Below, piece after piece: positions 27,583 through 37,691 of a stretch of DNA of 64,000 nucleotides; within the stretch, counting starts at the first letter, position 1; every line of letters begins with the position of its first letter. The translations under genes and the position numbers were made by a program. Source of the DNA: Bacteroidia bacterium (GTDB lineage Bacteria > Bacteroidota > Bacteroidia > Chitinophagales > Chitinophagaceae); NCBI GenBank assembly GCA_037447355.1, contig JBBIGW010000001.1:1136-65135 (forward strand). Direction: 5' to 3'. The notes under the pieces were generated by a model. It had not been told where the DNA came from. It saw only the letters and a program-made list of their open reading frames with translations, and did not search any database.

Positions 27583-30500
27583 TTACAACTTGATCAGTTT
27601 AGCGCTGTACAGTTTCACGTTGCCTGCCATTACTTCCACCAGGTAGACGCCACTGACCAGCCGGTCCAGTTTTTGGGTCACCCGGATCGTATTGCTGCCG
27701 GTATATCCCGGTTGTTTTTTCAGGAGCAGTAACCTGCCCTGTGTAGTATAGATCCTCAGTTCCAGGCCGGCATTCGCGGCCAGTTCCACCTGCAGGTTAA
27801 GCTGGTTTTCGAAGGGGTTGGGCCAGCTATACACCTGTTTGCCCGGGTTGGGCCGGAGGGCCACGATATTGGAGTACCGGAAGTCCCCATCGTTATCCAT
27901 TGCTTTGACCCGGTAATAAACCACCGGCCTGCATGCTGCCGCCCCGAGTTCATCCAGGGCTGAATAGTTACCATTTGTACCGTTGGTACCGGCAGCCGGC
28001 ACTTCTGCACAAGCCATGAAATGGATACCATCTGTACTTCTCTCCACGATGAACCGGCTGCATTGCTGTTCATTTTCGGTTGTCCATTTCAGTTGTACCA
28101 GCGTATTGTCCAGAACGGCACTCAGTTCGATCGCACTCAGCGGAAGCGGGTAGAGTATGGCAATCCCCCCGAATAAAGCCGGTTTGGTATCCAGGCCATC
28201 ATTATTGGCAATACCATCTCCCTCCGGGTCGGAAGGATTATCTATCATCCCGTCATTGTCGCCATCCATTGAACTGCGGTAACCGGAATCAATATCATCA
28301 GAAACCCCGTTACTGGTCAGGTCAATATAATTGGGCGTACCATCCGTATCGGTATCAGCCACAGCCGGGTCGGTCGCATCGCCGAATTTTGCGGGGGCAC
28401 CGTCGGCACTGTTCATAATGCCATCCCCGTCTGTATCCGCGCCATCGATCACCCCGTCATTGTCCACATCACTCAGGCCGGGTGTTCCGCTTTCCTGCAA
28501 ATCACCCATCGCATCGTTATCGCTGTCCAGATCCCGGAAATCAGGCACGCTGTCGCCGTCTGTATCCCGCGGGAACAGGTCCGCCGCATCCCCAAACGAT
28601 GCATCATTTCCGTCCGCGCTGTCCATAATTCCGTCAAAGTCCGCATCCGGTCCGTCCACCACCCCGTCACTGTTGGTATCCGCTATGGCAGCATGCCCGC
28701 TTTCTTTGATATCATTGATGCCATCATTGTCACTGTCCAGGTCGAGAAAGTCCTTATGGGTATCCCCATCCGTATCCCTTACGGTATAATTATTGGTGGC
28801 GGTACCGTCATCGGATGTTTCAATTGCATCCGCCATCCCGTTGCTTCCTTTGGCCACGGCCCCATCGATCACCCCGTTATTGTCCGCATCCATCGCTGCA
28901 ATATTTGCCGCGGAGATACCGGATTCATTGAGATCATTGATCCCGTCGTTATCACTGTCCAGGTCCTTGTAATTGGGTACCCCGTCCCCGTCAAAATCAT
29001 CATTATTAAAATCACCGTCCCCGTTGGCATCCTCCACCGCATCTGCAATACCGTCGTTATCACTGTCTGCATCACAGGCATTGCTGACACCATCGCCGTC
29101 CCTGTCCAGTACGGAAGACTTGCTGTTAACGACGGAACAACCGTCGCAGGCATCCGGGAGGCCATCCGAGTCTGTATCGATCGCATCATTCCCGGCCCCG
29201 CATACTTCCACACAATCGGCCACACCATCATTGTCATCATCCCGGATCACATAAGCGTTATAAATCCGGAACGTACCGCCAATCGTTGCATTGATGAGAC
29301 CGTCATTGAAAACGATCTGTACTTCATCAAATGCCACCGTCGATTTAATCCCGATAAAGGTTTTGCCGGAAGAAGGGTTCAGCAAGCCCAGGTCCAGTAA
29401 GCCGGCCCCTGTGGAGCTTTGTACCGGGGTGCCATTATCATCCTTATACAGGTTGATGGTGATCGCATCCAGGATGCCCAGGTCCAGCAGGGTCGCATCT
29501 CTTGCAATCACAAAGCCGGCAAAGGTATTGGCCGGTAAGTCAACCCCATCGTTTTTAACAGCGATCCGTCCGCCGCATCCCACACTCAGCAATGCAGGCG
29601 TATAGCTGGCATAGTTCGTAAGGTTTGCATCCACCACGTTAGCGGTTCCGCTAAGCGACTGACCAATGCATATTGCACCAAAGGTTCCTGTCCGGGAAGC
29701 CTGGAGGGATCCGGTATAGGGAGAAGCCTGCCCGGCAATAAGTGCCAAGCTGCAGTCGGTGCAGCCCGGGGCACTTTCAAATGCATAATATATTTTAATG
29801 GCGTTTACGTTTACACCAAGGGTATTGTCGGTAACCAGGCGAACTTCATTGAAACTTTTCGTCGTGGTAATGGATACCTCCTGTTTTTCCGTACCGGCAG
29901 TGGAAAGGGCAGCTATATTCACACCCGCTCCACCGGTGCCCAGCAGTACGGTTTCCTGCAGTTCGCCATGAAGATAAGTGGCGATGGATAAGGCATTCAG
30001 CACATCCGCTGTCAGCAATGAGGGTGTGTACCCGATCATAAAGCCGGCTTTGTTACCGGCGGGATATACCAGTTGCTCGTCCAGCACAGCGGCATAAACC
30101 GGTTCGCTGAGCAAGGGGGTACCGACGGGAACGGTGAATGTTCCGAAAGTCGTTTTATCGCCATCCGTAATGTTAGCGGGGTTTGTCAGTGTAACCAGTG
30201 CATCTACCAGGCCGCCGTTAAAATTCACGGAACTGCCAACACCCCCGATTTGCTTATAACAATAGGAACCGGTAAAATCAGTCCCGCAATCAGGTGCAAA
30301 AGCCATCGCATAGTAAATCCGGTAATCCTGGGTAACCGCGACCACCGCGTTAAAAATAAACCGCACTTCATCAAAAGCCGCTGTTGTTTTAAAACTCAGG
30401 TAGGCTTTGCCGGTTCCCCCGCTCAATAAGGTAACACGGATATTCGCCAGGCCTGTCTTAAATTCCTGGCGGACACCATTGTTCCAGGTTTCCAGCCGGA

Positions 30501-30885
30501 ATGAATTCAGCACATCGGCAGAAAGGACCTCGCTGCCCAGGTCGATCACATAACCGGCGATCCAGCCGGAGGGATAGGTAACGGTGTTGTCCGCAATAGA
30601 AATACCATTTTCCGCCAGCAGACCGAGCGCCCGGACATAAGTGGCGTAATTTGTCGTACTGGCATCCGTTGCATTATCAATATTGCTGACAAAGGAACAG
30701 CCGGCGCACAATAGTCCATTCTCCACCGGAGTGGCGGTCTTTCCAAATCCCGCCATGGGTGTATAACAGGGCGCACCGGATTGAGCAAGGACCTCGATGC
30801 CTGCAAAAACTGAAAAATAAAAAACCGTTAAGGAAGGAAAGAATAAACGCAGTTTTCTGAATAACAGGATAGCATGATTTCTCAT
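27583..30885 (-). CDS. T9SS type A CTD secreted protein with thrombospondin type-3-like Ca-binding repeats
   Basis: Signal peptide; three tandem ~170-aa beta-rich domains; many DxDxDGxxD/DLDSDNDG repeats; [11 protein letters not shown]...F.VERS.DG..F Ig-like module; [11 protein letters not shown]...GVYLV...KLIKL. Confidence 0.92.
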   Translation of the reverse strand: MRNHAILLFRKLRLFFPSLTVFYFSVFAGIEVLAQSGAPCYTPMAGFGKTATPVENGLLCAGCSFVSNIDNATDASTTNYATYVRALGLLAENGISIADNTVTYPSGWIAGYVIDLGSEVLSADVLNSFRLETWNNGVRQEFKTGLANIRVTLLSGGTGKAYLSFKTTAAFDEVRFIFNAVVAVTQDYRIYYAMAFAPDCGTDFTGSYCYKQIGGVGSSVNFNGGLVDALVTLTNPANITDGDKTTFGTFTVPVGTPLLSEPVYAAVLDEQLVYPAGNKAGFMIGYTPSLLTADVLNALSIATYLHGELQETVLLGTGGAGVNIAALSTAGTEKQEVSITTTKSFNEVRLVTDNTLGVNVNAIKIYYAFESAPGCTDCSLALIAGQASPYTGSLQASRTGTFGAICIGQSLSGTANVVDANLTNYASYTPALLSVGCGGRIAVKNDGVDLPANTFAGFVIARDATLLDLGILDAITINLYKDDNGTPVQSSTGAGLLDLGLLNPSSGKTFIGIKSTVAFDEVQIVFNDGLINATIGGTFRIYNAYVIRDDDNDGVADCVEVCGAGNDAIDTDSDGLPDACDGCSVVNSKSSVLDRDGDGVSNACDADSDNDGIADAVEDANGDGDFNNDDFDGDGVPNYKDLDSDNDGINDLNESGISAANIAAMDADNNGVIDGAVAKGSNGMADAIETSDDGTATNNYTVRDTDGDTHKDFLDLDSDNDGINDIKESGHAAIADTNSDGVVDGPDADFDGIMDSADGNDASFGDAADLFPRDTDGDSVPDFRDLDSDNDAMGDLQESGTPGLSDVDNDGVIDGADTDGDGIMNSADGAPAKFGDATDPAVADTDTDGTPNYIDLTSNGVSDDIDSGYRSSMDGDNDGMIDNPSDPEGDGIANNDGLDTKPALFGGIAILYPLPLSAIELSAVLDNTLVQLKWTTENEQQCSRFIVERSTDGIHFMACAEVPAAGTNGTNGNYSALDELGAAACRPVVYYRVKAMDNDGDFRYSNIVALRPNPGKQVYSWPNPFENQLNLQVELAANAGLELRIYTTQGRLLLLKKQPGYTGSNTIRVTQKLDRLVSGVYLVEVMAGNVKLYSAKLIKL

Positions 30886-31383
30886 AACAATTATTTTAAA
30901 CGTCCAAAAAATTGTTTATGACCTCTCACGAGAAGGTAGCTAATTCAGGAAGAGGACTTACATTGTCGCAAGTCAGGTGAGGAACGGCAATGAGAATAAT
31001 TACAGTATAAAGGTACTCTGCCAAAAATCCGGATAGAAATGGCGGGTGAAACATCTTACTGACTTTTTTGAGAAATTAAGTGCTAACCTCTACTTATTTT
31101 TTAGCTTTTACATATACTTATAAAAGCCACTCCGGCATCTTTTTTTTTAAAAGAGCAGGGCAGCTTTTTTGGTTATTCATCTTAAAAAAACCGGTATCCC
31201 TGGCCCTGTTCTTTTCTTACCCCGGTCTGTCCTGCCGGCCTTGTCATATTAACCGGATTAAAATGAAACAACCGGTACTCGCCTATGGCAACTGACGTAA
31301 TGTCCTGGTTTTTACCCTCGCACGGTATTTGAAACCCCTTTATTTCAATAGATTCCTTACCTTCAAACCGGAAAAAAAAGATT

Positions 31384-32076
31384 ATGCACCTGAACTCAGA
31401 ATTTGAAAAATATGCGGTTAAACACCGCGGATTGTCCAGCAATACCCTGAATAGCTACGCTTCTCACCTGGTAACAGCCATGACGCCGAATATCATTGAG
31501 GAACGTTCCCTGAATGTGGCCGTGATGGATGTGTACAGCCGCCTGATGATGGACCGGATCATATTCCTGGGATACCCGATCAATGATGAGATTGCCAATA
31601 TCGTCACCGCCCAGTTGCTGTTCCTGGATTCCACGGACCGCACCCGCGATATCAACATGTACATCAACAGCCCCGGGGGCAGTGTGTATTCCGGCCTGGG
31701 GGTCTATGATACCATGCAGTATGTAAGTCCCGATATCGCCACCATCTGTATCGGTGTGGCGGCTTCGATGGCCTGTGTATTGCTGGGTGCCGGTACGCAT
31801 GGTAAACGCGCCGCATTAAAGCATGCCCGCATCATGATGCACCAGCCCAGCGGCGCGATCGGGGGGCAGGCCAGTGATATTGAAATCACGGTAAACGAGA
31901 TCCGCAAACTGAAAAAGGAACTCTACGAAGTGGTGAATATCCATACCGGCAAACCGCTGGAGCAGATTGAAAAGGATTTTGACCGCGACAACTGGATGAC
32001 AGCGGCAGAAGCCAAGGAATACGGGCTGGTGGATGAAGTGCTGCTGGTCAATCCCCGCAAACAGAAAAAAGATTAA
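31384..32076 (+). CDS. clpP: ATP-dependent Clp protease proteolytic subunit 1
   Basis: MDVYSRLMMDRIIFLG, YINSPGG, AASMA (Ser), MHQP (His), DRDNWM (Asp). Confidence 0.97.
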   Translation: MHLNSEFEKYAVKHRGLSSNTLNSYASHLVTAMTPNIIEERSLNVAVMDVYSRLMMDRIIFLGYPINDEIANIVTAQLLFLDSTDRTRDINMYINSPGGSVYSGLGVYDTMQYVSPDIATICIGVAASMACVLLGAGTHGKRAALKHARIMMHQPSGAIGGQASDIEITVNEIRKLKKELYEVVNIHTGKPLEQIEKDFDRDNWMTAAEAKEYGLVDEVLLVNPRKQKKD

Positions 32077-32104
32077 TTCCCTACACTTATTTTAAACCTG
32101 CTAC

Positions 32105-32749
32105 ATGAACCGTAAGAATACTTTATACACTGACCCGAAAATTTCCGGGTGGCGAATGGATGATGAAGAGGAAAAAGAAGAACAGCCCAAGAGTGACCTG
32201 GGGATGTTCAGTAAAAAACTGGAGCGCTATTTCTTTGAGAAAAGAGCGGTGTATCTCTGGGGCGTGGTGGATGATAAAAGCGCCAAGGATGTGGTCAGCA
32301 AACTGTTGTTGCTCGATGCGGACAAACCGGGGGAAGAAATCAAGTTCTATATTAACAGCCCGGGTGGGGTGGTCACCAGCGGCATGGTGATGTATGATAC
32401 CATGCAGATGATCAAGAGCCCGGTCAGTACGGTTTGTATGGGACTGGCGGCTTCCATGGGCAGTATTTTACTGAGCGGCGGTAAAAAAGGCAGCCGGTAT
32501 ATTTTCCCGCACGGGGAAGTGATGATCCACCAGCCTTCGCTGGGTGGCTATATCCAGGGCGTCAGTGCGGATCTTGAGATCCAGGCCGAACAAACCCGCC
32601 GGGTGAAGGAGATCGGGGCCGGGATCCTGGCAAAAAACTGCGGGAAGACCGTTGAGCAGGTGATGAAGGACTTTGACCGCGACTACTGGATGAACGCCAG
32701 CCAGGCCATTGAATATGGAATTGCGGACCATTTGGTCGATTCACTTTAA
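32105..32749 (+). CDS. clpP: ATP-dependent Clp protease proteolytic subunit 2
   Basis: YINSPGGVVTSG, AASMG, MIHQP, DRDYWM; acidic N-terminus (DDEEEKEE). Confidence 0.95.
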   Translation: MNRKNTLYTDPKISGWRMDDEEEKEEQPKSDLGMFSKKLERYFFEKRAVYLWGVVDDKSAKDVVSKLLLLDADKPGEEIKFYINSPGGVVTSGMVMYDTMQMIKSPVSTVCMGLAASMGSILLSGGKKGSRYIFPHGEVMIHQPSLGGYIQGVSADLEIQAEQTRRVKEIGAGILAKNCGKTVEQVMKDFDRDYWMNASQAIEYGIADHLVDSL

Positions 32750-32788
32750 TTAATTTATTATCAATAGATTAACTTAGTACCTGAAATA

Positions 32789-32822
32789 AAAACCGCCTTT
32801 TCCGGGCGGTTTTATATTTTTG
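32789..32822 (+). promoter_or_regulatory. Terminator hairpin after clpP2 followed by a -7 element for clpX
   Basis: AAAACCGCC...GGCGGTTTT, then TATTTTTG at 32815-32822. Confidence 0.6.
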
Positions 32823-32876
32823 TATGTTACGTATTGGCCCGATTGACGTTACAGATTAAGTTAAGGTTAAGAAAAT

Positions 32877-34121
32877 ATGGCAAAAAACCCATTACATTGT
32901 TCATTTTGCGGACGAAGCCGCGACGAAGTGAAGATCCTGATCGCCGGACAGGAAGGGCATATTTGTGAGAATTGTGTGGAGCATGCCCGGGAGATCATCG
33001 AGCAGGAACTGACCGTGAAAGATGACCGGACCAGTTCTTCCTTCAAGCTCTCTGTAAAGAAACCCATCGAAATCAAGAAATTCCTGGACGAGTATGCGAT
33101 CGGGCAGGACGAAGCCAAGAAAGTACTGGCTGTGGCGGTTTACAATCACTATAAGCGTTTGCAGCAAAAATCACCGGATCTCAATACCGGAACTGAAGTC
33201 GAGATTGAAAAAAGCAATATCATCATGGTGGGTGAGACCGGTACGGGTAAAACCTTACTGGCCAAGAGTATTGCCCGGATGCTGAATGTTCCCTTTGCCA
33301 TCGTGGATGCTACCGTATTTACCGAAGCCGGTTATGTAGGCGAGGATGTGGAAAGTATCCTGACCCGGCTGCTGCAGGTTTGTAATTATGATGTGGCGGC
33401 TGCCGAGCGTGGTATCGTTTATATTGATGAAATTGATAAGATTGCCCGGAAAGGAGACAATCCTTCCATTACCCGGGATGTGAGCGGGGAAGGAGTACAG
33501 CAGGGGATGCTGAAACTGCTGGAAGGTACGGATGTACTCGTACCGCCGCAGGGAGGCCGCAAACACCCCGAGCAGAAACTCATCAAGATCAACACCCAGA
33601 ATATTCTCTTTATCTGTGGCGGTGCTTTTGACGGGATTGATAAGATCATTGCCCGCCGGGTACAGACCAATACCATTGGCTTTAACGTGGACAAGGAACT
33701 GCAGGACAATATGAAGAAGAACCTGCTGAACTATGTGAATGCGACTGACCTGAAAGCCTTCGGACTGATCCCGGAATTACTGGGCCGTCTGCCCGTAGTA
33801 ACCCACCTGGATCCGCTGGATGCCGCTACCCTGAGGGCCATCCTGACCGAACCGAAGAACGCCCTGATCAAACAATATACCCGCTTGTTCGAACTGGAAG
33901 GTATTTCCCTGACCATCGAGGATGAAGTACTGGATTTTATGGTGGAGAAAGCCATGGAATACAAATTAGGCGCCCGCGGTCTCCGTAGTATTTGTGAAGG
34001 AATCCTGACCGATGCCATGTATGAGCTTCCGTCCTCCAAAGAAACACAGTTTGTGCTGGACCTGGAATATGCCAAACGGAAATTTGATAAGAGTAAGCTG
34101 AGTTTGCTGAAAGTGGCGTAG
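32877..34121 (+). CDS. clpX: ATP-dependent Clp protease ATP-binding subunit ClpX
   Basis: CSFC...ICENC zinc finger, [42 protein letters not shown]. Confidence 0.98.
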   Translation: MAKNPLHCSFCGRSRDEVKILIAGQEGHICENCVEHAREIIEQELTVKDDRTSSSFKLSVKKPIEIKKFLDEYAIGQDEAKKVLAVAVYNHYKRLQQKSPDLNTGTEVEIEKSNIIMVGETGTGKTLLAKSIARMLNVPFAIVDATVFTEAGYVGEDVESILTRLLQVCNYDVAAAERGIVYIDEIDKIARKGDNPSITRDVSGEGVQQGMLKLLEGTDVLVPPQGGRKHPEQKLIKINTQNILFICGGAFDGIDKIIARRVQTNTIGFNVDKELQDNMKKNLLNYVNATDLKAFGLIPELLGRLPVVTHLDPLDAATLRAILTEPKNALIKQYTRLFELEGISLTIEDEVLDFMVEKAMEYKLGARGLRSICEGILTDAMYELPSSKETQFVLDLEYAKRKFDKSKLSLLKVA

Positions 34122-34169
34122 GGGTCGAGAGGTTGAGAGGTTGAAAGGTTGAAAAGTTTAGAAGTTTTA
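34122..34169. repeat. Six 8-bp RGGTTGAR-like tandem units right after the clpX stop
   Basis: gggtcgag aggttgag aggttgaa aggttgaa aagtttag aagtttta. Confidence 0.8.
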
Positions 34170-34229
34170 AGATAATAAGAGGTTCGGGTAATACCGGGCC
34201 TTTCTTATTTTGCAGTTAAATAAAAAGCC

Positions 34230-34376
34230 ATGCAGGAATTAATAGAAAAATTGAAAGCAGAAGCCGGGCTGACAGATGAGCAGGCAAAAAAAGCCATTGC
34301 AGCCATAAAAGGGTTTGTCGTGGAGAAATTCCCGATGCTGGAAGGAGCGGTCAATAATGTATTCGGTGGTGCGTAA
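34230..34376 (+). CDS. 48-aa helical hypothetical protein (below ORF-track cutoff)
   Basis: MQELIEKLKAEAGLTDEQAKKAIAAIKGFVVEKFPMLEGAVNNVFGGA; A-rich leader and TATTTTGC motif upstream; amphipathic helical pattern. Confidence 0.75.
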   Translation: MQELIEKLKAEAGLTDEQAKKAIAAIKGFVVEKFPMLEGAVNNVFGGA

Positions 34377-34391
34377 CCCAATGCATTGGGA

Positions 34392-34517
34392 TTACCGGAT
34401 CACCGCGCATTTTCTGCCACGGGGATTATTGGCTGCCTCGTAAGGCGACATCACGCGGGTGCAGGATTGCAGGAGAATAGTTCCGATGACCAGTGCTAAC
34501 AAATATTTCCCTTTCAT
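34392..34517 (-). CDS. 41-aa putative lipoprotein (below ORF-track cutoff)
   Basis: MKGKYLLALVIGTILLQSC-TRVMSPYEAANNPRGRKCAVIR: basic n-region, h-region, lipobox LQSC. Confidence 0.72.
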   Translation of the reverse strand: MKGKYLLALVIGTILLQSCTRVMSPYEAANNPRGRKCAVIR

Positions 34518-34643
34518 AGTGTCGAATTTGAATGCGAAATTAATCCGCCTGCTGAATTATGCAAGCCGGATTTACCAGTGAAATTTGCTTGTTCCGGGTG
34601 CGTGCTTTCACGGCACTGATCCCTGTTTTTATACGCGCACTCT

Positions 34644-35660
34644 TTATTCCGCCAGGATCGCTTCAATGGCCGACAGCTCAGCCCCGGTAAAATCTGCCTT
34701 CTGCAATGCCCCGATATTATCATCCAGTTGCTTCACGGAACTTACACCCACGAGTACCGAGGTAACGCGTTTATCTTTGAGCAACCAGGCAACGGCCATC
34801 TGGGCGAGTGTCTGTCCCCGTCTTACCGCGATCTCATTTAATTTACGTACCTGTGCGATCAGCCCGGCGGGAATATCGGATGCCTGGATCGCTCCATTGC
34901 TCAGGCCCCGGCCAATCCTTGAATTGGTGGGCACCCCGCTGATATATTTATCCGTTAAACGTCCCTGCGCCAGGGGGGAAAATGCAATCGACCCCACCCC
35001 TGCTTCTTCAATAACATCCAGCAGGGACTGCCCCCCTGCCGTTCCGGGTTTTTCCACCCAGCGGTCGAGCATGGAATAACGAGGCTGGTGGATCAGGCAG
35101 GGTGTTCCCAGTTGCTCTAAGATGGATACCGCCTGCTGGGTTTGCTGGGCTGAATAACTGGAAATACCGGCATACAGGGCCTTTCCACTTCTTACCAGCT
35201 GGTCCAGGGCTCCCATGGTTTCTTCTAAGGGTGTATTCGGATCAGGACGGTGTGAATAGAAAATATCAACATAATCCAGTCCCATCCGTTTTAAACTCTG
35301 GTCCAGGCTGGCCACAAGATATTTCTTAGAACCCCATTCCCCGTAAGGACCGGGCCACATATAATAACCGGCCTTGGTGGAAATGACCAGTTCATCCCGG
35401 TAGGGTTTTAAATCCTGCCGCAGGATCTTCCCGAAATTATTTTCCGCTTCCCCCGCAGGTGGTCCGTAATTATTCGCCAGGTCAAAATGCGTGATCCCCC
35501 GGTCAAAAGCCCGGTACACGATGCTTTGCATATTGGTATAATCATCCACGGAACCGAAGTTGTGCCAGAAGCCCAATGATATTGCGGGCAATAAGAGACC
35601 ACTTTTACCACAGCGGTTGTATTTCATGGAATCATACCGGGAGGGAACAGGGGTGTACAT
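34644..35660 (-). CDS. mgrA: Aldo/keto reductase, L-glyceraldehyde-3-phosphate reductase (YghZ/MgrA) family
   Basis: LGFWHNFG, FDLANNYGPP, ISTKAGY.MWPGPYG, YVDIFYSHR, HQPRYSMLDRW. Confidence 0.92.
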   Translation of the reverse strand: MYTPVPSRYDSMKYNRCGKSGLLLPAISLGFWHNFGSVDDYTNMQSIVYRAFDRGITHFDLANNYGPPAGEAENNFGKILRQDLKPYRDELVISTKAGYYMWPGPYGEWGSKKYLVASLDQSLKRMGLDYVDIFYSHRPDPNTPLEETMGALDQLVRSGKALYAGISSYSAQQTQQAVSILEQLGTPCLIHQPRYSMLDRWVEKPGTAGGQSLLDVIEEAGVGSIAFSPLAQGRLTDKYISGVPTNSRIGRGLSNGAIQASDIPAGLIAQVRKLNEIAVRRGQTLAQMAVAWLLKDKRVTSVLVGVSSVKQLDDNIGALQKADFTGAELSAIEAILAE

Positions 35661-35933
35661 GCTTTTTTTTCAAAATTCCGTATTCTTTTTTATATGCCGG
35701 TATTTTGTTCACCGGTGAGGATACCCAGAGCTTTTTTTCTTTCCGGTACCAGCCTGATCAACCCTGTCGCGGCAACCGCCTGTTTATTAAAATAAAACGT
35801 ACCCGGGAAATCCGTGGAAAGCCGGGTACAGGAAGCCAGGTGTTTATGCAGCATGAGATACGGCAACTACCGGGAAATATAAGAAGGCCAGGTTCCCGTT
35901 TGATTTTCACACAACTGTAATTTTTTATATTCC

Positions 35934-36017
35934 AAATCGGATATTTTCCGAATAATAGTATAATTTTTTACATATTTATGCTATATTTGTGAGTAAAAGT
36001 CGGAAAATATCCGATTT
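35934..36017 (+). promoter_or_regulatory. AbiE promoter/operator: perfect 18-bp inverted repeat flanking a -7 element
   Basis: AAATCGGATATTTTCCGA (35934-35951) is the exact reverse complement of TCGGAAAATATCCGATTT (36000-36017); TATATTTG at 35982-35989 lies between them. Confidence 0.8.
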
Positions 36018-36040
36018 AACAACAATAATTTTACACATAA

Positions 36041-36679
36041 ATGCATATCCAGGAAGCGATAGCACCTTATGCCGGCCAGCCGCTCACTCAACAGCTGCTG
36101 CAGGAGATCCTGAAGGATTATAAGAGACCCTTTGATAAGATCACCGAGCTGGTGAAACAGGACTTGCTGATCCAGGTAAAAAGGGGCCTGTATATTCCCG
36201 GTGAAAGACTGAGGCTTTCCCCGCCTGTGTCTTTTCTGCTGGCGAACCATCTCTATGGCCCCAGTTATGTGTCCCTAGAATCGGCCCTTTCCTTCTGGGG
36301 ATTGATCCCGGAGCGGGTATATGAGACCAGTTCAGTTACCCCCCGGACAAACAAAAAATACAATACGGAGGCCGGGAGGTTTAGCTACACCCATTTACCC
36401 CTGCCCTATTACAGCTATGGCATCCGGCTGGTGGAAGTGACAACGAACCAGACCGTCCTGATGGCCTCCCCGGAAAAAGCACTCTGCGATAAGATCATAA
36501 CCACTTCAAAAATATTATTGCGCAGTATGACGCAAACCAGGGATTTATTAACAGAGGATTTTAGAATCGAAAAAAGCAGTTTGCAAAAGCTGGATGCAGG
36601 GGCCATCAGCCGATGGACGAAAATAGCCCCGAAGAAAACCAGTTTAACCATGCTGGTCAAAACATTAAACAGTTTATGA
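36041..36679 (+). CDS. abiEi: Type IV TA antitoxin, AbiEi family
   Basis: N-terminal wHTH-like part (LIQVKRGLY), PSYVSLESALSFWGLIPE, ASPEKALCD; coupled to the toxin. Confidence 0.85.
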   Translation: MHIQEAIAPYAGQPLTQQLLQEILKDYKRPFDKITELVKQDLLIQVKRGLYIPGERLRLSPPVSFLLANHLYGPSYVSLESALSFWGLIPERVYETSSVTPRTNKKYNTEAGRFSYTHLPLPYYSYGIRLVEVTTNQTVLMASPEKALCDKIITTSKILLRSMTQTRDLLTEDFRIEKSSLQKLDAGAISRWTKIAPKKTSLTMLVKTLNSL

Positions 36680-37527
36680 TTAAAGAATGGCTGGAAGAAT
36701 ATAAACCGGCAACAGCGGAAGAAGCCCAGCAGGCCCTGCGGGAGATCATGCAGGAAATTGCACTGGCCGGATTACAACGAAGCGGTTTTTTTTTAGTGGC
36801 CGCTTTTTACGGAGGCACCGCCCTGCGGGTTTTTCACGGGTTGCCCCGTTTTTCGGAAGACCTTGACTTTTCCTTATTAAAGAAAGATAGAGGTTTTTCG
36901 CTGTCGCCCTACCTGGAAAGAGTGGAAAAGGAATTTGAAGCACTGGGTATTAAAGTCAGCGTCCGGGAAAAACTGAAAACGGCCGTTACTGCTGTTGATT
37001 CTGCCTTTCTCAAACCGGAAACCACCTGGAAAGAACTCATTATAAAGGAAGTACTGCCGGATGAGCGGGTAAAACTGATGCCAGAAATAAAGATCAAACT
37101 GGAGGTAGATACACTCCCTCCACCCGGTTTTAAAACGGAGGAAAAACTTTCGTTGAAACCATTCTCCTTTTATACCAAATGTTTTACCCTGCCGGATCTT
37201 TTTGCCGGGAAAATGCATGCCTTACTGTTCAGAAAATGGAAGGGGCGGGTGAAAGGGAGGGACTGGTTTGATATGGAATGGTATATTCAAAAAGGAGTTC
37301 CCTTACACCTGGACCATTTCCTGCAACGGGCCATTGACAGTGGCGACTGGCACAAAACGGCTATCATTGAAAAACTATTTAAACAACTGTTGCACGACAA
37401 AATAAAAGCTGTTTCTTTCAAAGCTGTCCGGGAAGACATCATACGTTTTATTCCGGATGCGAATGTGCTGGATATCTGGTCACCAGACTATTTTAGTGAT
37501 TTAGCGGAGAAAATCAGGTTTCAATAA
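36676..37527 (+). CDS. abiEii: Type IV TA toxin, AbiEii nucleotidyltransferase
   Basis: FYGGTALRVFHGLPRFSEDLDF, KIKLEVD, LFAGKMHA, RVKGRDWFD; start 36676 forms an ATGA overlap with the antitoxin stop. Confidence 0.9.
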   Translation: MIKEWLEEYKPATAEEAQQALREIMQEIALAGLQRSGFFLVAAFYGGTALRVFHGLPRFSEDLDFSLLKKDRGFSLSPYLERVEKEFEALGIKVSVREKLKTAVTAVDSAFLKPETTWKELIIKEVLPDERVKLMPEIKIKLEVDTLPPPGFKTEEKLSLKPFSFYTKCFTLPDLFAGKMHALLFRKWKGRVKGRDWFDMEWYIQKGVPLHLDHFLQRAIDSGDWHKTAIIEKLFKQLLHDKIKAVSFKAVREDIIRFIPDANVLDIWSPDYFSDLAEKIRFQ

Positions 37528-37568
37528 TCCGGCCGCTTACTCTCTCTATTACAGATTTTGGCTTTGCA

Positions 37569-37594
37569 TAAAAAGACCCGCTTTTCAGCGGGTC
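37569..37594 (-). terminator. Intrinsic terminator for nrdJ
   Basis: GACCCGCT...AGCGGGTC with an A tract on the left (U tract on the minus strand). Confidence 0.65.
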
Positions 37595-37691
37595 CTGCTT
37601 TAATGGGTACACTCTTTATTTGGTTTTCCGTCCTAGGCTAAGTTTACAAACTGCGGAGTGATTTTCTCCTCCTTCAGGGGACGAGGGGGCA

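Noticed and set aside
28331-29605. Long Ser/Pro-rich antisense ORFs over the TSP3 repeats, and similar long antisense ORFs over nrdJ, tkt and rny
   Set aside because: Expected shadow frames of repetitive or GC-rich coding sequence; no independent motifs or start context.
31060-31086. CIRCE-like half site AAGTGCTAA upstream of clpP
   Set aside because: No matching TTAGCACTC left arm at the 9-nt spacing.
31080-31295. 71-aa ORF and the short MKQPVLAYGN uORF upstream of clpP
   Set aside because: Runs through poly-T/A promoter-type sequence with no homology cue.
35026-35049. Possible in-frame palindrome insertion in the aldo/keto reductase (KPGTAGGQS)
   Set aside because: Only a partial CTGCC match and not palindromic; cannot be supported without an alignment.
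35683-35844. Possible 54-aa ORF (MLHKHLASCT...) on the minus strand upstream of mgrA
   Set aside because: No recognisable motif or signal; could be promoter or UTR sequence.
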